Of a stretch of 61,988 nucleotides of DNA, positions 39,913 to 51,316 are shown one piece after another. Numbering within the stretch: position 1 is the stretch's first letter; each line of letters opens with the position of its first letter. The stretch covers positions 1 to 61,988 of the forward strand of contig JBBIPN010000002.1 in assembly GCA_037442825.1 (NCBI GenBank), in the 5' to 3' direction. The notes below the pieces were generated by a model that did no database searches, had not been told where the DNA came from, and was given only the letters and a program-made list of their open reading frames with translations. The DNA is from Sulfurihydrogenibium sp. (GTDB lineage Bacteria > Aquificota > Aquificia > Aquificales > Hydrogenothermaceae). Both the position numbers and the translations under genes were made by a program.

Positions 39913-40740
39913 ATGAAAATAAGGGTTGCCCATAGTCCAGACTCAGATGACGCTTTTATGTTTTACGGAATAAATATGAAAAAAATTGATACAAAAGGTT
40001 ATGAATTTATAGATATTTTATCAGATATAGAAACATTAAACCAAGAAGCATTAAAAGGAACTTATGAAGTTTCTGCCATTTCTATTCATGCATTTCCCTA
40101 TGTAGCAGATAAGTATGCTTTACTATCAAGTGGTGCAAGTATGGGTGATAACTATGGCCCTATGGTTGTTGCAAAAGAAGAATTCGATTTAAAAGAACTA
40201 AAAAATAAAGTTATAGCTGTTCCTGGAACTTTAACATCTGCATTTTTAGCTTTGAAACTTTTTGAACCTAACATTAATTATAAAGTTATTTCTTTCGATA
40301 AGATTATTGATGCAGTAAAAGAAGGTATAGTAGATGCAGGATTAATTATTCACGAAGGGCAGTTAATATATCAAGAAGAAGGACTAAAATGTTTAGTAGA
40401 CCTTGGGAAATGGTGGTATGAAAAAACAGGAGGACTTCCACTACCATTAGGCGGTAACGTTATTAGAAAAGATCTTGGAGAAAACGTTATTAAAGAAGTT
40501 TCAGAAATTTTAAAGGAGAGTATTAAATACTCTCTAAATCATAGGGAAGAGGCTGTAGAATATGCATTAAAATATGCAAGAGGCATGACAAAAGAAAAAG
40601 CAGATAAATTTATTGGTATGTATGTAAACGATTTAACAGTAGATTATGGAGAAAGAGGAAAAAAAGCAATAGAGTTATTTTTAAAAAATGCTTATGATAT
40701 GAAAATTATACCTTATTTACCTGAAATAATATTTGTTTGA
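39913..40740 (+). CDS. mqnD: 1,4-dihydroxy-6-naphthoate synthase (futalosine pathway)
   Basis: HSPDSDDAFMF, IIHEG, LPLPLG, MYVN. Confidence 0.85.
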   Translation: MKIRVAHSPDSDDAFMFYGINMKKIDTKGYEFIDILSDIETLNQEALKGTYEVSAISIHAFPYVADKYALLSSGASMGDNYGPMVVAKEEFDLKELKNKVIAVPGTLTSAFLALKLFEPNINYKVISFDKIIDAVKEGIVDAGLIIHEGQLIYQEEGLKCLVDLGKWWYEKTGGLPLPLGGNVIRKDLGENVIKEVSEILKESIKYSLNHREEAVEYALKYARGMTKEKADKFIGMYVNDLTVDYGERGKKAIELFLKNAYDMKIIPYLPEIIFV

Positions 40741-40750
40741 GGTATAAAAA

Positions 40751-41221
40751 ATGAAAATAGTTTATGTAGGTAAAAATGAAGAAAGTTATAATATCCTAAA
40801 CGAAGTTGCCTCTTTAAGTGATTCTAATGTCATTTTTATTAACTCTATCCAAGAATCTATAGATTTCCTTACAAAAAATAAAGATATCCATGGTGTAATT
40901 GCAGAAACAAAGGTAGATAACATACCTTCCTTACAAATAAAAGCTTTTATGAAAAAGGATGAGATATTAAAAGATATTCCTTTTATAATTTTAGCTGAAA
41001 ACGTCTCAACAGAAGATATTGAATATTATAAAGCAATGGGAGCAGAGGAAGTTTTTGAAATACCTTTTAATCCTTTAGAGATATATTTAGTACTTACAGC
41101 TAAACTTAAAGATGTAAAAGGTGAAGAAGTTGTTAAGCAGATCTTACACGAAGCCAAAAAAGATAAATCTATATTCATGAAAATATTAGAGCTTATAAAA
41201 AAGCTTTTTGGTAAAGCTTAA
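40751..41221 (+). CDS. Atypical (pseudo) receiver-domain protein
   Basis: Receiver-fold pattern (DIPFIIL, GA..V..PF) but phospho-acceptor position is Glu and the conserved Lys is absent. Confidence 0.7.
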   Translation: MKIVYVGKNEESYNILNEVASLSDSNVIFINSIQESIDFLTKNKDIHGVIAETKVDNIPSLQIKAFMKKDEILKDIPFIILAENVSTEDIEYYKAMGAEEVFEIPFNPLEIYLVLTAKLKDVKGEEVVKQILHEAKKDKSIFMKILELIKKLFGKA

Positions 41222-41249
41222 AATTGGAAAAGTTCTCATCTTTTGATGA

Positions 41250-41567
41250 TTGGAAAAAAAATTATCAGAAGTTTCCCAAAAAGGTGATACTTGTATTTTA
41301 GTAGAAGGTATCAATGATTTTAGAAAATTAAAAAAATATAACATTGATAATATTATAATTTTAAAAGGTCAAAAATACTATGATATCGCTGAAAAAATCT
41401 TAAATAACTACGATAAAGCTATTATACTATTTGATTTAGATAAAAATGGAAAGAAAATGACTGAAAAGTTTAGCAGTCTATTAAAAAATGAAGGTTTAGA
41501 AGTAGATTTAAGCTTTAGAGATTTTTTAAAAAATCTCAATGTTGAAGAAATAGAAAATCTACCTTAA
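41250..41567 (+). CDS. Small TOPRIM-domain protein (N-terminus possibly in another frame from 41224)
   Basis: ILVEG..D and LFDLDKNG (DxD) TOPRIM motifs. Confidence 0.85.
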   Translation: MEKKLSEVSQKGDTCILVEGINDFRKLKKYNIDNIIILKGQKYYDIAEKILNNYDKAIILFDLDKNGKKMTEKFSSLLKNEGLEVDLSFRDFLKNLNVEEIENLP

Positions 41568-41604
41568 ATAATATAAAATATTTATTTTCAAAAAGAGGTG
41601 AAAC

Positions 41605-42363
41605 TTGTTAGCGAAAAGAATTATACCTTGTTTAGATGTTAATAAAGGTAGAGTAGTTAAAGGTGTTAAATTTTTAAATCTAATAGATGCGGGAGACCCT
41701 GTAGAGATAGCAAAGGTATACGATGAAGAAGGTGCTGATGAATTAGTATTTTTAGACATAACAGCATCAGCTGAAGATAGAGATATAATATTAGACGTTG
41801 TTAGAAAAACTGCAGAAACAGTTTTTATGCCTCTCACAGTTGGTGGTGGTGTAAGAACATTAGAAGATATTAGAAAACTACTTGAAAATGGTGCAGACAA
41901 GGTATCTATAAATACAGCAGCAGTTAAAAATCCATCTTTAGTTGAAAGTGCAGCTATTAGATTTGGTTCTTCTACAATTGTAGTTGCTATTGATGCAAAG
42001 AAAGTAGATGAAAATAGATGGGAAGTTTATATAAATGGCGGAAGGACACCAACTGGAATAGATGTTTTACAGTGGGCTAAAGCAGTGGAAGATTTGGGAG
42101 CTGGTGAAATTTTACTTACATCTATGGATAAAGATGGTACAAAAAGCGGTTATGATATAGAACTTACAAAATTAGTATCAAAATCAGTTAAAATACCTGT
42201 AATTGCTTCTGGTGGTGCAGGAAGTATGGAACATTTTTATGAGGCTTTTAAAGAAGGTAAAGCTGATGCATGTTTAGCAGCATCTTTATTTCACTTTAAA
42301 GAGATAGAGATAAAAACATTAAAAAGTTATTTAAAAAATAAAGGCATAAGTGTGAGGTTATAG
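41605..42363 (+). CDS. hisF: Imidazole glycerol phosphate synthase cyclase subunit
   Basis: [39 protein letters not shown]. Confidence 0.98.
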   Translation: MLAKRIIPCLDVNKGRVVKGVKFLNLIDAGDPVEIAKVYDEEGADELVFLDITASAEDRDIILDVVRKTAETVFMPLTVGGGVRTLEDIRKLLENGADKVSINTAAVKNPSLVESAAIRFGSSTIVVAIDAKKVDENRWEVYINGGRTPTGIDVLQWAKAVEDLGAGEILLTSMDKDGTKSGYDIELTKLVSKSVKIPVIASGGAGSMEHFYEAFKEGKADACLAASLFHFKEIEIKTLKSYLKNKGISVRL

Positions 42364-42365
42364 TA

Positions 42366-43952
42366 ATGGGAAAAAAACAAGTTTTAATATACGATACAAC
42401 ATTAAGAGATGGTACTCAAGCTGAAGGTGTAAGTGTTTCTGTAGAAGACAAATTAAGAATAGCTGAGAAACTTGCAGATTTTGGTGTTCATTATATAGAA
42501 GGTGGATGGCCTGGTTCCAACCCAAAAGATATGAATTTTTTCACTGAAGCAAAAAAACTTAATTTAAAAAGTACAAAGTTAACAGCTTTTGGCTCTACAA
42601 GAAGAGCAAGTTTAAAGGTAGAAGATGACCCTCAGATACAAGATTTAATTAAAGCAGAAACACCAGTTATTACAATATTTGGAAAATCTTGGGATTTACA
42701 TGTTACAGAAGCTCTTAAAACAACATTAGAAAAAAATCTTGAGATGATTTACGACTCTATATCTTTTTTAAAAAAATATGTAGATGAAGTTATTTTTGAT
42801 GCAGAACACTTTTTTGATGGATTTAAAGAAAATCCAGAATATGCTTTAAAAGTAATCAAAACAGCAGAAGAAGCTGGAGCTGATTTTCTAATACTTTGTG
42901 ATACAAACGGAGGCAGCTTACCTATTGATATAGAGCAAGCTTTCAAAAAAGTAAAAGAGTATGACATTAAAGCAAAGTTAGGTATACATGCCCATAATGA
43001 TTCAGATACTGCTGTATGGAACTCTATAGTAGCTGTTTTAAATGGAGCAATACAGGTACACGGAACAATAAATGGTATTGGAGAACGATGTGGTAACGCT
43101 AACTTATGTTCAATAATACCAAACATTTCTTTAAAACTTGGTATAGAAACAATACCAAAAGAAAATATCAGAAGATTAAAAGAGATATCTAATTTTGTTT
43201 CTGATATCATAAACATGCCTGTCCATAAAAACCTACCTTATGTTGGAGATAGTGCATTTGCCCATAAAGGTGGTGTTCATGCTTCAGCAGTACTTAAAAA
43301 TCCAAGAAGTTATGAGCATATACTGCCAGAAGAAGTTGGAAACAAAAGAAAAGTTTTAGTTTCTGACTTAGCAGGAAGAAGTAATATCATATATAAAGCA
43401 AGAGAGATAGGTATAGAGATAGATGAAAAAGATGAAAGAATCTCAAAGCTTGTCCAAGAAATAAAAGAGTTGGAAAATCAAGGATACCATTTTGAAGCTG
43501 CTGAAGCATCCTTAGAACTTCTTATAAAAAAACATCTTGGAACATTACCAAAATACTTTGATTTAGATGCATATAGAGTTTTAATAGCAAAAAGGTATAC
43601 AGACTTAACACCCATTTCTGAAGCTACTGTAAGGATAAAGATAGATAACCACTACGAGCATACTGCATCCTTAGGTCATGGTCCAGTAAATGCATTGGAT
43701 AAAGCTTTGAAAAAAGCTCTTATCTCAAAATATCCAATGCTTTCAGAAATAGAGTTGATAGATTACAAAGTTAGAATTGTTAATGAAAGTAGCGGAACAG
43801 CTGCAAAAATAAGGGTTTTGGTAGAAAGTAGAGATAAAAATAGAAAATGGGGTACAGTCGGAGTATCTGATAACATTATAGAAGCATCATGGCAGGCTGT
43901 AGTTGATAGTATTGTATACAAATTAATAAAAGACAGCGTGGAGCCAGTTTAA
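42366..43952 (+). CDS. cimA: Citramalate synthase (LeuA family)
   Basis: [42 protein letters not shown]. Confidence 0.92.
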   Translation: MGKKQVLIYDTTLRDGTQAEGVSVSVEDKLRIAEKLADFGVHYIEGGWPGSNPKDMNFFTEAKKLNLKSTKLTAFGSTRRASLKVEDDPQIQDLIKAETPVITIFGKSWDLHVTEALKTTLEKNLEMIYDSISFLKKYVDEVIFDAEHFFDGFKENPEYALKVIKTAEEAGADFLILCDTNGGSLPIDIEQAFKKVKEYDIKAKLGIHAHNDSDTAVWNSIVAVLNGAIQVHGTINGIGERCGNANLCSIIPNISLKLGIETIPKENIRRLKEISNFVSDIINMPVHKNLPYVGDSAFAHKGGVHASAVLKNPRSYEHILPEEVGNKRKVLVSDLAGRSNIIYKAREIGIEIDEKDERISKLVQEIKELENQGYHFEAAEASLELLIKKHLGTLPKYFDLDAYRVLIAKRYTDLTPISEATVRIKIDNHYEHTASLGHGPVNALDKALKKALISKYPMLSEIELIDYKVRIVNESSGTAAKIRVLVESRDKNRKWGTVGVSDNIIEASWQAVVDSIVYKLIKDSVEPV

Positions 43953-43961
43953 GGAGGTTTG

Positions 43962-44543
43962 ATGACAAATAACCATGTTTACATAAGTGTTATACATTAC
44001 CCAGCAAAAAATAAAGAAGGTAGGTGGGTTTGCACATCATTTACGACACTTGATTTTCATGATATAGCAAGACCAGCAAGAACATATGAGCTACAAGCTT
44101 ATTACATAGTCCAACCTTTAGAAGCACAACAATTTATTATAAAAGAACAGTTAAAATACTGGACAGAAGGTTTTGGTTCAACTTTTAATCCTAAAAGGTC
44201 TATGGCTGGAAGTATGGTAAGGGTTGTTTCTTCCATAACAGAGATGTTAGAAGATATAAAGAAAGAAAAAGGTAAATATCCAAAACTTATATCAACATCT
44301 GCAAAAAAATATTCTCAAACAGTAAATTATAAAGAGATGAGAAGTATTTTGGCAAATAAAGATGAAATTTTTCTTATTCTTCTTGGTACAGGGTGGGGTA
44401 TACCTGAAGAGTTAGTTACAAGCTGTGATTATATTCTTGAACCAATTTTAGGACCTGGAACATACAACCACCTTTCAGTTAGAAATGCAGCTGCTATTAT
44501 TTTAGATAGATTATTTTCAATAAATAGAGATGAGGGAGATTAA
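43962..44543 (+). CDS. SPOUT-class RNA methyltransferase-like protein
   Basis: HYP, DFHDIAR, LGTGWG, YNHLSVR.AAAIILDRL. Confidence 0.85.
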   Translation: MTNNHVYISVIHYPAKNKEGRWVCTSFTTLDFHDIARPARTYELQAYYIVQPLEAQQFIIKEQLKYWTEGFGSTFNPKRSMAGSMVRVVSSITEMLEDIKKEKGKYPKLISTSAKKYSQTVNYKEMRSILANKDEIFLILLGTGWGIPEELVTSCDYILEPILGPGTYNHLSVRNAAAIILDRLFSINRDEGD

Positions 44544-45611
44544 ATGTTTTATCATATATTTTATGAATATTTAGATATAAATCTTTTTAAGTATATTACT
44601 TTTAGAGGTTTCTATGCCTTATTTACAGCATTTTTAATTTCTATTATAATAGGTCCATATATTATAAATAGATTGAAAGTATTCCAAAACAAAGAGGGTG
44701 GATACGTTAGAGAGTACACACCAGATTGGCACCAAATGAAAAAACACACACCTACAATGGGTGGTGTTTTAATTATAATTGTCGTATTACTTACTTCTTT
44801 GTTATGGTGCAGATTAGATAACTTATATATTTGGCTTTTACTTTTTACATTTTTATCTTTTGGAACTATTGGTTTTGCAGATGATTATAAAAAAATAAAA
44901 GATAAAAAAGGACTTTCTTCTAAATCAAAGTTTATATTACAGCTATTAGCTTCTTCTATAGTTGCAATAATTCTATATCTATATCCAAAATTTAACACTG
45001 TTGTTTATATGCCATTTTTTAAAAATTTGTACTTTGATTTAGAAATTATATATATACCATTTATGATTTTTATAATTGTGGGAGCATCAAACGCTGTAAA
45101 TTTAACAGATGGTTTAGATGGTTTAGCTATCGGTCCAGCTTTAATATCTATAACTACCTTTGCTGTTTTTGCTTACATTGCTGGTAATGCTGTTTTATCA
45201 AAGTATTTAATAGTTTCTTACGTCGAAGGAAGTGGTGAGATTGCGGTATTCTTAATGGCTCTTCTTGGAGCAGGGTTAGGATTCCTTTGGTTTAACTCAT
45301 TTCCAGCAGAAATGTTTATGGGAGATGGTGGTTCATTATCGATAGGTGCTGTTTTAGGTCTAACATCTATTTTAACAAAACAAGAGTTGGTACTTGCAAT
45401 TGTTGGTGGTATTTTTGTTATTGAAACTTTATCTGTTATCGCTCAAGTCGGTTATTACAGGTTTACAAGTGGTAAAAGATTGTTTAGGATGGCTCCTATC
45501 CATCATCATTTTGAGCTTCAAGGACTTCCAGAGCCAAAGATAGTTGTAAGAGTTTGGATTATATCTATAATTTTATCTATCATCGCACTCTCTACCTTAA
45601 AGATAAGGTAG
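44544..45611 (+). CDS. mraY: Phospho-N-acetylmuramoyl-pentapeptide transferase
   Basis: TPTMGG, NAVNLTDGLDGL, FMGD, MAPIHHHFE. Confidence 0.98.
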   Translation: MFYHIFYEYLDINLFKYITFRGFYALFTAFLISIIIGPYIINRLKVFQNKEGGYVREYTPDWHQMKKHTPTMGGVLIIIVVLLTSLLWCRLDNLYIWLLLFTFLSFGTIGFADDYKKIKDKKGLSSKSKFILQLLASSIVAIILYLYPKFNTVVYMPFFKNLYFDLEIIYIPFMIFIIVGASNAVNLTDGLDGLAIGPALISITTFAVFAYIAGNAVLSKYLIVSYVEGSGEIAVFLMALLGAGLGFLWFNSFPAEMFMGDGGSLSIGAVLGLTSILTKQELVLAIVGGIFVIETLSVIAQVGYYRFTSGKRLFRMAPIHHHFELQGLPEPKIVVRVWIISIILSIIALSTLKIR

Positions 45612-47930
45612 TTATTTTTTAAAAATTTTGGTTGCGTTTTTATAAAACTCTTCCAATTTTAGTTTTACTTCTTTATGGAAATCTAAGGGGTCCATATCTG
45701 ATAGTATATATATTGCTTCATCAACATTATCTACTAAATATATATTAAATAAATCATCTTTAATAGCATTAAAAACTTCATCATCTAATATAACATTATC
45801 TTTATTTCTTAATGGAATTATGACACCTTGTTTACCATCTAAACCTACTATTTTACATATTTTAAAAAATCCTTCAATTTTTTCTTTTATATCTCCTACA
45901 GGTTGGACATTTCCATGTTGATCTACTGAACCAGTAACAGCTATAAATTGTTTTAAAGGTATTTCTCCTATTTCAGATAAAACTGCTAAAAGTTCTGCTA
46001 AAGATGCACTATCACCTTCCACTTCACCATAAGATTGCTCAAATGTTATACTACATGTTAAAGATAAAGGAATGTTTTTACCATATTTTCTTCCTAAATA
46101 TCCAGACAATATAAGAACACCTTTATCATGAAACGGACCGCTTAGTTCTACTTCTCTTTCTATATTAAGTATTCCTTTCTCACCTATGTAAGCTGATGCT
46201 GTAATTCTACTTGGCTTTCCAAATTGATAATTTCCTACAGAATAAATTGATAAACCATTAGTTTGACCTACAACTTTTTTATCGATATCTACAATAATTT
46301 TACCCTCTTTAATCAGTTCAATAATCTTATCTTCTAAAAGATTCTCTCTGTAAATCTTATCTTGAATTACATTTCTTATATCTTTATCTGTTATGATTCC
46401 ATTAGATACAACGTCTGACTCTCTTAAAATATCTGTTATATGACTAAAATTTAAACTTATCTTTTTTTTATCTTCTGATAATTTTATTAAATATTTAAAA
46501 AGTTCAGCTAATCCTTCTGGAGAAACATCTTTTATGTTTTCTGATAATAGAATATTTTTTATTAAAACAGGAAAACCTTTTATTACATTTTCATCAATAT
46601 AACAACGATCATTAAATTCAGCTTTAACTTTAAATAGCTTTTGAAAATCTTCATCAAAAGATGATAAAAGGTTATAGGTAAACTCATCACCAATTAAAAT
46701 AAGCTTTACTTCCCCAGGAACTGGATATGGGGTAATTCCTACAGAAGAGTAAAATCCATAAACATCAAAACCATTTATAAAAATTTCTCTATTTTTAAGT
46801 GATTTTTTTATTAATTCCCATAAAAAATAGTCTTTTAAAACATCCTTTACATATAAAACTAAAAATCCCCCCCTTGCCCGATGGAAAGATCCTGCTGTTA
46901 TGTTTTTATGATCAGCATATAAAATACCCATCTCAACTTCAAAATTTACATTACCAAATAGATTTTTTAAATTAGGATTTGTTTCAAAAACAACTGGAGC
47001 ATGCTCCAATTTGGAGTTATCTACTACGAGATTTACTTTAAATAAATTTATCTGCTTTTTCAATATTGGATAGAATAAAGAGTTTCTATCTGTAAAATTT
47101 ATCTCTATAAATTTATCAATATTTTTTAAAACATTCTCTTTATGATAATGGAGAAAGTCAACAGCTTCTGGATATTCCTTAAAGTAATTTTCCACTTTAA
47201 AATATATACTATTTAATTTATATTTAGAGATTTTCTCTTTAAGCTCATTTAAAGATTCATCAAGTTGGTAATCTATCTCTCTCAACTCTTGTAAATAAGA
47301 TAAAAATTTATCTTCGAATTTATCTAAATTTTTCTTATAATCCTGATACTGTTTTTCCGTTAAAACATTTAAATTTGTTATATAACTACCATTTATAATA
47401 GGAACAAGATTTATATCATATAAAGTTATTAATACTCCTAAATTATAATTTGATGCATCTTTTTTTAAATTTTTCAAGATTTCTTCTCTTTTTTCTTCTG
47501 CATTTTTTATTAATCTAACCTTTTCTTCTTCATAATCTTTTCCTTCAAAAACTTTATAGATTTCTTTTTTTAATCTCTCTAATATTTCATTTATCATTAT
47601 TTCTAATTTTTTACCTAAGCCTGATTTTACAAGTAAAACTTTTGGCTTATAGATATCTTCGAAATTGTGGTAGTAAATGATATCTTCAGGTACTGGTAAA
47701 TTTTTTGAAAACTCTTCAAGTTTTTTCTTTGTAAATAATGTCCTTCCTAAACCTTCTTCTCCAGAAACATAGATATTATAACCTTCATGTTTTACAGATA
47801 GACCTGTTTGAAAAGCTTTTTCTACTCTATCTTGAGAAAAAAATATAGGTTTAGCTTCGTAATCTTTTGTAGACTTATCAAACTTAATATCAATAATAAG
47901 CTCGTTATAATCTAACTTTTTTACATCCAT
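45612..47930 (-). CDS. LonC-like (Lon family S16) protease
   Basis: Degenerate Walker A GEEGLGRT; coiled-coil insertion; catalytic EGDSAS...KEKIEGF. Confidence 0.88.
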   Translation of the reverse strand: MDVKKLDYNELIIDIKFDKSTKDYEAKPIFFSQDRVEKAFQTGLSVKHEGYNIYVSGEEGLGRTLFTKKKLEEFSKNLPVPEDIIYYHNFEDIYKPKVLLVKSGLGKKLEIMINEILERLKKEIYKVFEGKDYEEEKVRLIKNAEEKREEILKNLKKDASNYNLGVLITLYDINLVPIINGSYITNLNVLTEKQYQDYKKNLDKFEDKFLSYLQELREIDYQLDESLNELKEKISKYKLNSIYFKVENYFKEYPEAVDFLHYHKENVLKNIDKFIEINFTDRNSLFYPILKKQINLFKVNLVVDNSKLEHAPVVFETNPNLKNLFGNVNFEVEMGILYADHKNITAGSFHRARGGFLVLYVKDVLKDYFLWELIKKSLKNREIFINGFDVYGFYSSVGITPYPVPGEVKLILIGDEFTYNLLSSFDEDFQKLFKVKAEFNDRCYIDENVIKGFPVLIKNILLSENIKDVSPEGLAELFKYLIKLSEDKKKISLNFSHITDILRESDVVSNGIITDKDIRNVIQDKIYRENLLEDKIIELIKEGKIIVDIDKKVVGQTNGLSIYSVGNYQFGKPSRITASAYIGEKGILNIEREVELSGPFHDKGVLILSGYLGRKYGKNIPLSLTCSITFEQSYGEVEGDSASLAELLAVLSEIGEIPLKQFIAVTGSVDQHGNVQPVGDIKEKIEGFFKICKIVGLDGKQGVIIPLRNKDNVILDDEVFNAIKDDLFNIYLVDNVDEAIYILSDMDPLDFHKEVKLKLEEFYKNATKIFKK

Positions 47931-49898
47931 CTATGTTATCCTTAACTCTATAATAAATTCTGCTCCTTCATTTAAAGGTATAGCTTTTATAGTTCCTTTA
48001 TGTTTTTCTATTATCTCTTTTGTTATACTAAGACCTAATCCACTGCCTTTTGGTTTTTTAGAAAAATATGGCATAAATATCTTATCTATGTCTGCTAAAT
48101 CAATACCCTTTCCATTATCTTTAAACGTTATTACTATTCTATCGTTACTTTTATTTACAATAATGTTTAACTGTGTTGCTTCTTCAAAACTATTTTGAAC
48201 TATATTTGTAAAAGCTTGTTTCATCAATTTTTTATCACATTTAATTATAATATTACCACTACAATTTAGTATTACTTTAAAATTCGGTGAATTATAACTA
48301 TCAGATATTTCTTTGAGAAGTTGGCAAATATCTATGTTCTCATAATCTAAATTAGAAAGTGTACTACCAAACTGATTAAACTCCCTTACTAGATTTGCTA
48401 AATGATCTGCTTCTGATATTATAATATTAACAGAGTTTTCTAATATTTCTGGAAAATTTGGGTTTTCTTTTTTATAACTTCTTAGTATCCTTTCTGCTGA
48501 GAGTTTTATAGGGGTAAGTGGATTTTTTATTTCATGTGCAATTCTTTGAGCTACCTCTTTCCACATCTGAAGTTTTTGAGCATGTATAATATTTGTAATA
48601 TCATCAAAGACAATAACGTAACTTTTATCTTTAATATTTTTTATTTTAAAAAGTAATGTCCTGTTGTCATAGCTTACAATCTGTTCTTTACTTTCACTAA
48701 GATTTATATTAAGGAACTGTAATAAACTTTCTATATCCTTTTTCAAGAATTTAGATACTTTATCAGAAAGTATTTCTATAGCTGATTTATTCATATTCTC
48801 TATAATTCCTTCTTCATTTGAGTATATTACACCTGCATTGATATTGTTTAGTGTAGCTTCTAAGTACTCTTTATTTCTTTTTAATGTCAAATTCCTCTCT
48901 TCTAATTTCTTATATAAACGGTTTAATCTATCAACCATTCTATTAAATTCATATACTAAAATACCAAACTCATCCTTAGATTTTAAATTTATCTTTACAG
49001 AAAGGTCTCCTTCTGATAGTCTTTTTGCTCCTTCTACCAGTGCTTCTACAGGATTTGTTATGTTTTTTACTATGTACCTGCTAAACCATATTGTTGCAAA
49101 TATTATAAATATTGTTATTGTTAGTAAAATAAGGATATATCCAATTCTAATTGGTGATTTATAATATCTTAATTCGTTATACACTTTTAAAATAAGTGAA
49201 GTATCTTGTTTTGATAGATATAAGTACTTTGGAAACTCATAAACAAGTAGAGCTTTTCTTTCATCTTTAAGTTTTTCATTCAACACTATTTTATTTTCAT
49301 AAAAGCTAAATCCGTCTTTATAAAGAGCGTCAAAAACTTCTTTATCGTATGGACTACCATAAAACTCTACTAATCTGTTATCTTTGTCATAGATTGAAGC
49401 TGTTTTTAACCCTAAAACTTCTACAGCTTCTTTACAACCAATATATCCATCATCTAAAAGTTTAAAAACGTTTAAAACCCATTCTTTGCTTGATTCTATA
49501 TTTTGGACTACGATATTGTCAAGTTTTCCTAAAGCTTCTCCTACCTTTCCAGAAAACCAAAGGTTAGTAGCACTTGATATAATAGAAACTGAAACTGTAA
49601 AAAGTATCAATGACGGAATAACAACAAGAGATATAAAAATCAATGTAAGTTTTATTTTTAATTTTCCTTCCCTAAACTCTTCAAATAATACTTTTATGAG
49701 ATATCTAAGTGTGTAAGCAAAAATAATTATAAAGAATACAACATCAACATTTAAAATAAATAAAAAAAGATATGGGTTTATAACATCACTAACTTTTATT
49801 AGCTTACTGTATATATAGTAATTCCCTGCTATAAATAAGACTAGAGATAAAAAAAGTATTATAAAGTTATAACTTACTGATTTAAAAGGAAGTTTCAT
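47931..49898 (-). CDS. NtrY-like membrane sensor histidine kinase (HAMP, PAS)
   Basis: N-terminal TMs; HAMP; RIAHEIKNPLTPI; DNGKG; GSGLGL. Confidence 0.9.
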   Translation of the reverse strand: MKLPFKSVSYNFIILFLSLVLFIAGNYYIYSKLIKVSDVINPYLFLFILNVDVVFFIIIFAYTLRYLIKVLFEEFREGKLKIKLTLIFISLVVIPSLILFTVSVSIISSATNLWFSGKVGEALGKLDNIVVQNIESSKEWVLNVFKLLDDGYIGCKEAVEVLGLKTASIYDKDNRLVEFYGSPYDKEVFDALYKDGFSFYENKIVLNEKLKDERKALLVYEFPKYLYLSKQDTSLILKVYNELRYYKSPIRIGYILILLTITIFIIFATIWFSRYIVKNITNPVEALVEGAKRLSEGDLSVKINLKSKDEFGILVYEFNRMVDRLNRLYKKLEERNLTLKRNKEYLEATLNNINAGVIYSNEEGIIENMNKSAIEILSDKVSKFLKKDIESLLQFLNINLSESKEQIVSYDNRTLLFKIKNIKDKSYVIVFDDITNIIHAQKLQMWKEVAQRIAHEIKNPLTPIKLSAERILRSYKKENPNFPEILENSVNIIISEADHLANLVREFNQFGSTLSNLDYENIDICQLLKEISDSYNSPNFKVILNCSGNIIIKCDKKLMKQAFTNIVQNSFEEATQLNIIVNKSNDRIVITFKDNGKGIDLADIDKIFMPYFSKKPKGSGLGLSITKEIIEKHKGTIKAIPLNEGAEFIIELRIT

Positions 49899-49911
49899 TT
49901 TTAATTTAACA

Positions 49912-50685
49912 TTATCTTAATAAATCTTTTGGTCTTTCTCCTATATAATCTATATCTTTTTCTTCATCAAGTCTTCTAAAAATTATTCCTTCCGTAAGTT
50001 CTTCATAAGCATGGGCTACAAGTCCAGGTACTCTACCTATTATAAAAAATCCCTTTCCTAATCGCCAATCAAATCCCATATCTGATGTTATCGCAGCAAT
50101 AGCACCATCAACATTTAAAACTAACTTCTTACCTTTAATTTTAAAGATAGTACCTTCTAATGCTACAGCAAATTCACAATGTTTTCCATAAAAACCCAAA
50201 TCTTTTGCTAAGGTTAAAAGTTTTTTTGACCTTGGATCAAAATCTTTATAGTATTTATGTCCAAAACCTGAAACCTTCCATTTTTCTTCTACTATCTTTT
50301 TTGCTAATCTTTCTGCTAAACCATCTATATCTTCCTCATCTTTAGTATACTCTTGTAAAAATTTCATAGCATCTTCTAACGCTCCACCATGATAATCTCC
50401 AAAAGCTAAAATACCAGTAGCAACGCCTACATGTAAAGGATTTCCACCAGATATTACATTTCGTAATGCAATTGTAGAAGGTGGTGCAACACCATGATCT
50501 ATTACTGCTGTAAATATAGCATCAAACATTTTTTTCTCTGATTCAGAAGGTAACTTTCCTTTTAAAAGTAAATATATACTTTCTGAAAAAGATAATGTTC
50601 CTATCATCTGTGTTAAAGGATAACCTCTTATATATGTTTCTTCTTTTGTATTTAGTGTTATTCTTGTTTTCCACTTTCTATCCAT
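49912..50685 (-). CDS. ccl: Citryl-CoA lyase (citrate-synthase fold)
   Basis: WKTRIT...IRGY, DHG, YHGGA, GFGH, NVDG, GLVAH; 257 aa. Confidence 0.85.
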   Translation of the reverse strand: MDRKWKTRITLNTKEETYIRGYPLTQMIGTLSFSESIYLLLKGKLPSESEKKMFDAIFTAVIDHGVAPPSTIALRNVISGGNPLHVGVATGILAFGDYHGGALEDAMKFLQEYTKDEEDIDGLAERLAKKIVEEKWKVSGFGHKYYKDFDPRSKKLLTLAKDLGFYGKHCEFAVALEGTIFKIKGKKLVLNVDGAIAAITSDMGFDWRLGKGFFIIGRVPGLVAHAYEELTEGIIFRRLDEEKDIDYIGERPKDLLR

Positions 50686-51316
50686 CCTATTTCTCCTATA
50701 TTCTTTACAATAAAATCAGGATTTAATGATCTGGCAAGTTCTTTATTCCCATAACCATGTAAAACAAGACATGTATATATTCCAGCATTTTTTCCTGTTA
50801 AAACATCCGTTTCACTATCTCCTATAATAATAGAACAGTTTTTATCTACATTCAACTTTTCAAGTGTATAGTACACCGGTAAAGGATTTGGTTTTTTTTC
50901 TTTTGTTGTATCTGCACCTACTACAATATCTATTAAATCTAAGACCTTTAAAGAACTTAGTATTCTTTTAGATATATCTTCGTACTTATTTGTAACTACC
51001 GCTATCTTTTTTGATTTAGTTTTTAAATATTCTAAAATATCTTCTATCCCACTATAAAGTTTTGAATAAACAACGGGATTTTGAAAATAAAACTCTCTAA
51101 AGTATTCTAAAGCTTTTTCTTTTATCTCTTGACTTTCTTCAGGTATTAAATCATCTATAAGTTTTTTTGCACCATAACCTACTTTACAAATTACTTGATC
51201 TTCACTGAACTTCTCAAGACCAATTTTTTCCATAGCATAGTTAACAGCTAAAGCTATATCTTTTCCAGAATCTAAAATAGTACCATCTAAATCAAATATA
51301 TATAAATCAAACTTTC

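Noticed and set aside
46867..46873. C7 run (G7 on the coding strand) in the Lon-like gene
   Set aside because: In frame, encodes the RGG of a conserved motif, and short for a contingency locus
49903..49911. TGtTAAATT upstream of the kinase gene as a leaderless promoter
   Set aside because: Imperfect -10 and only 4 nt from the ATG; too weak to call
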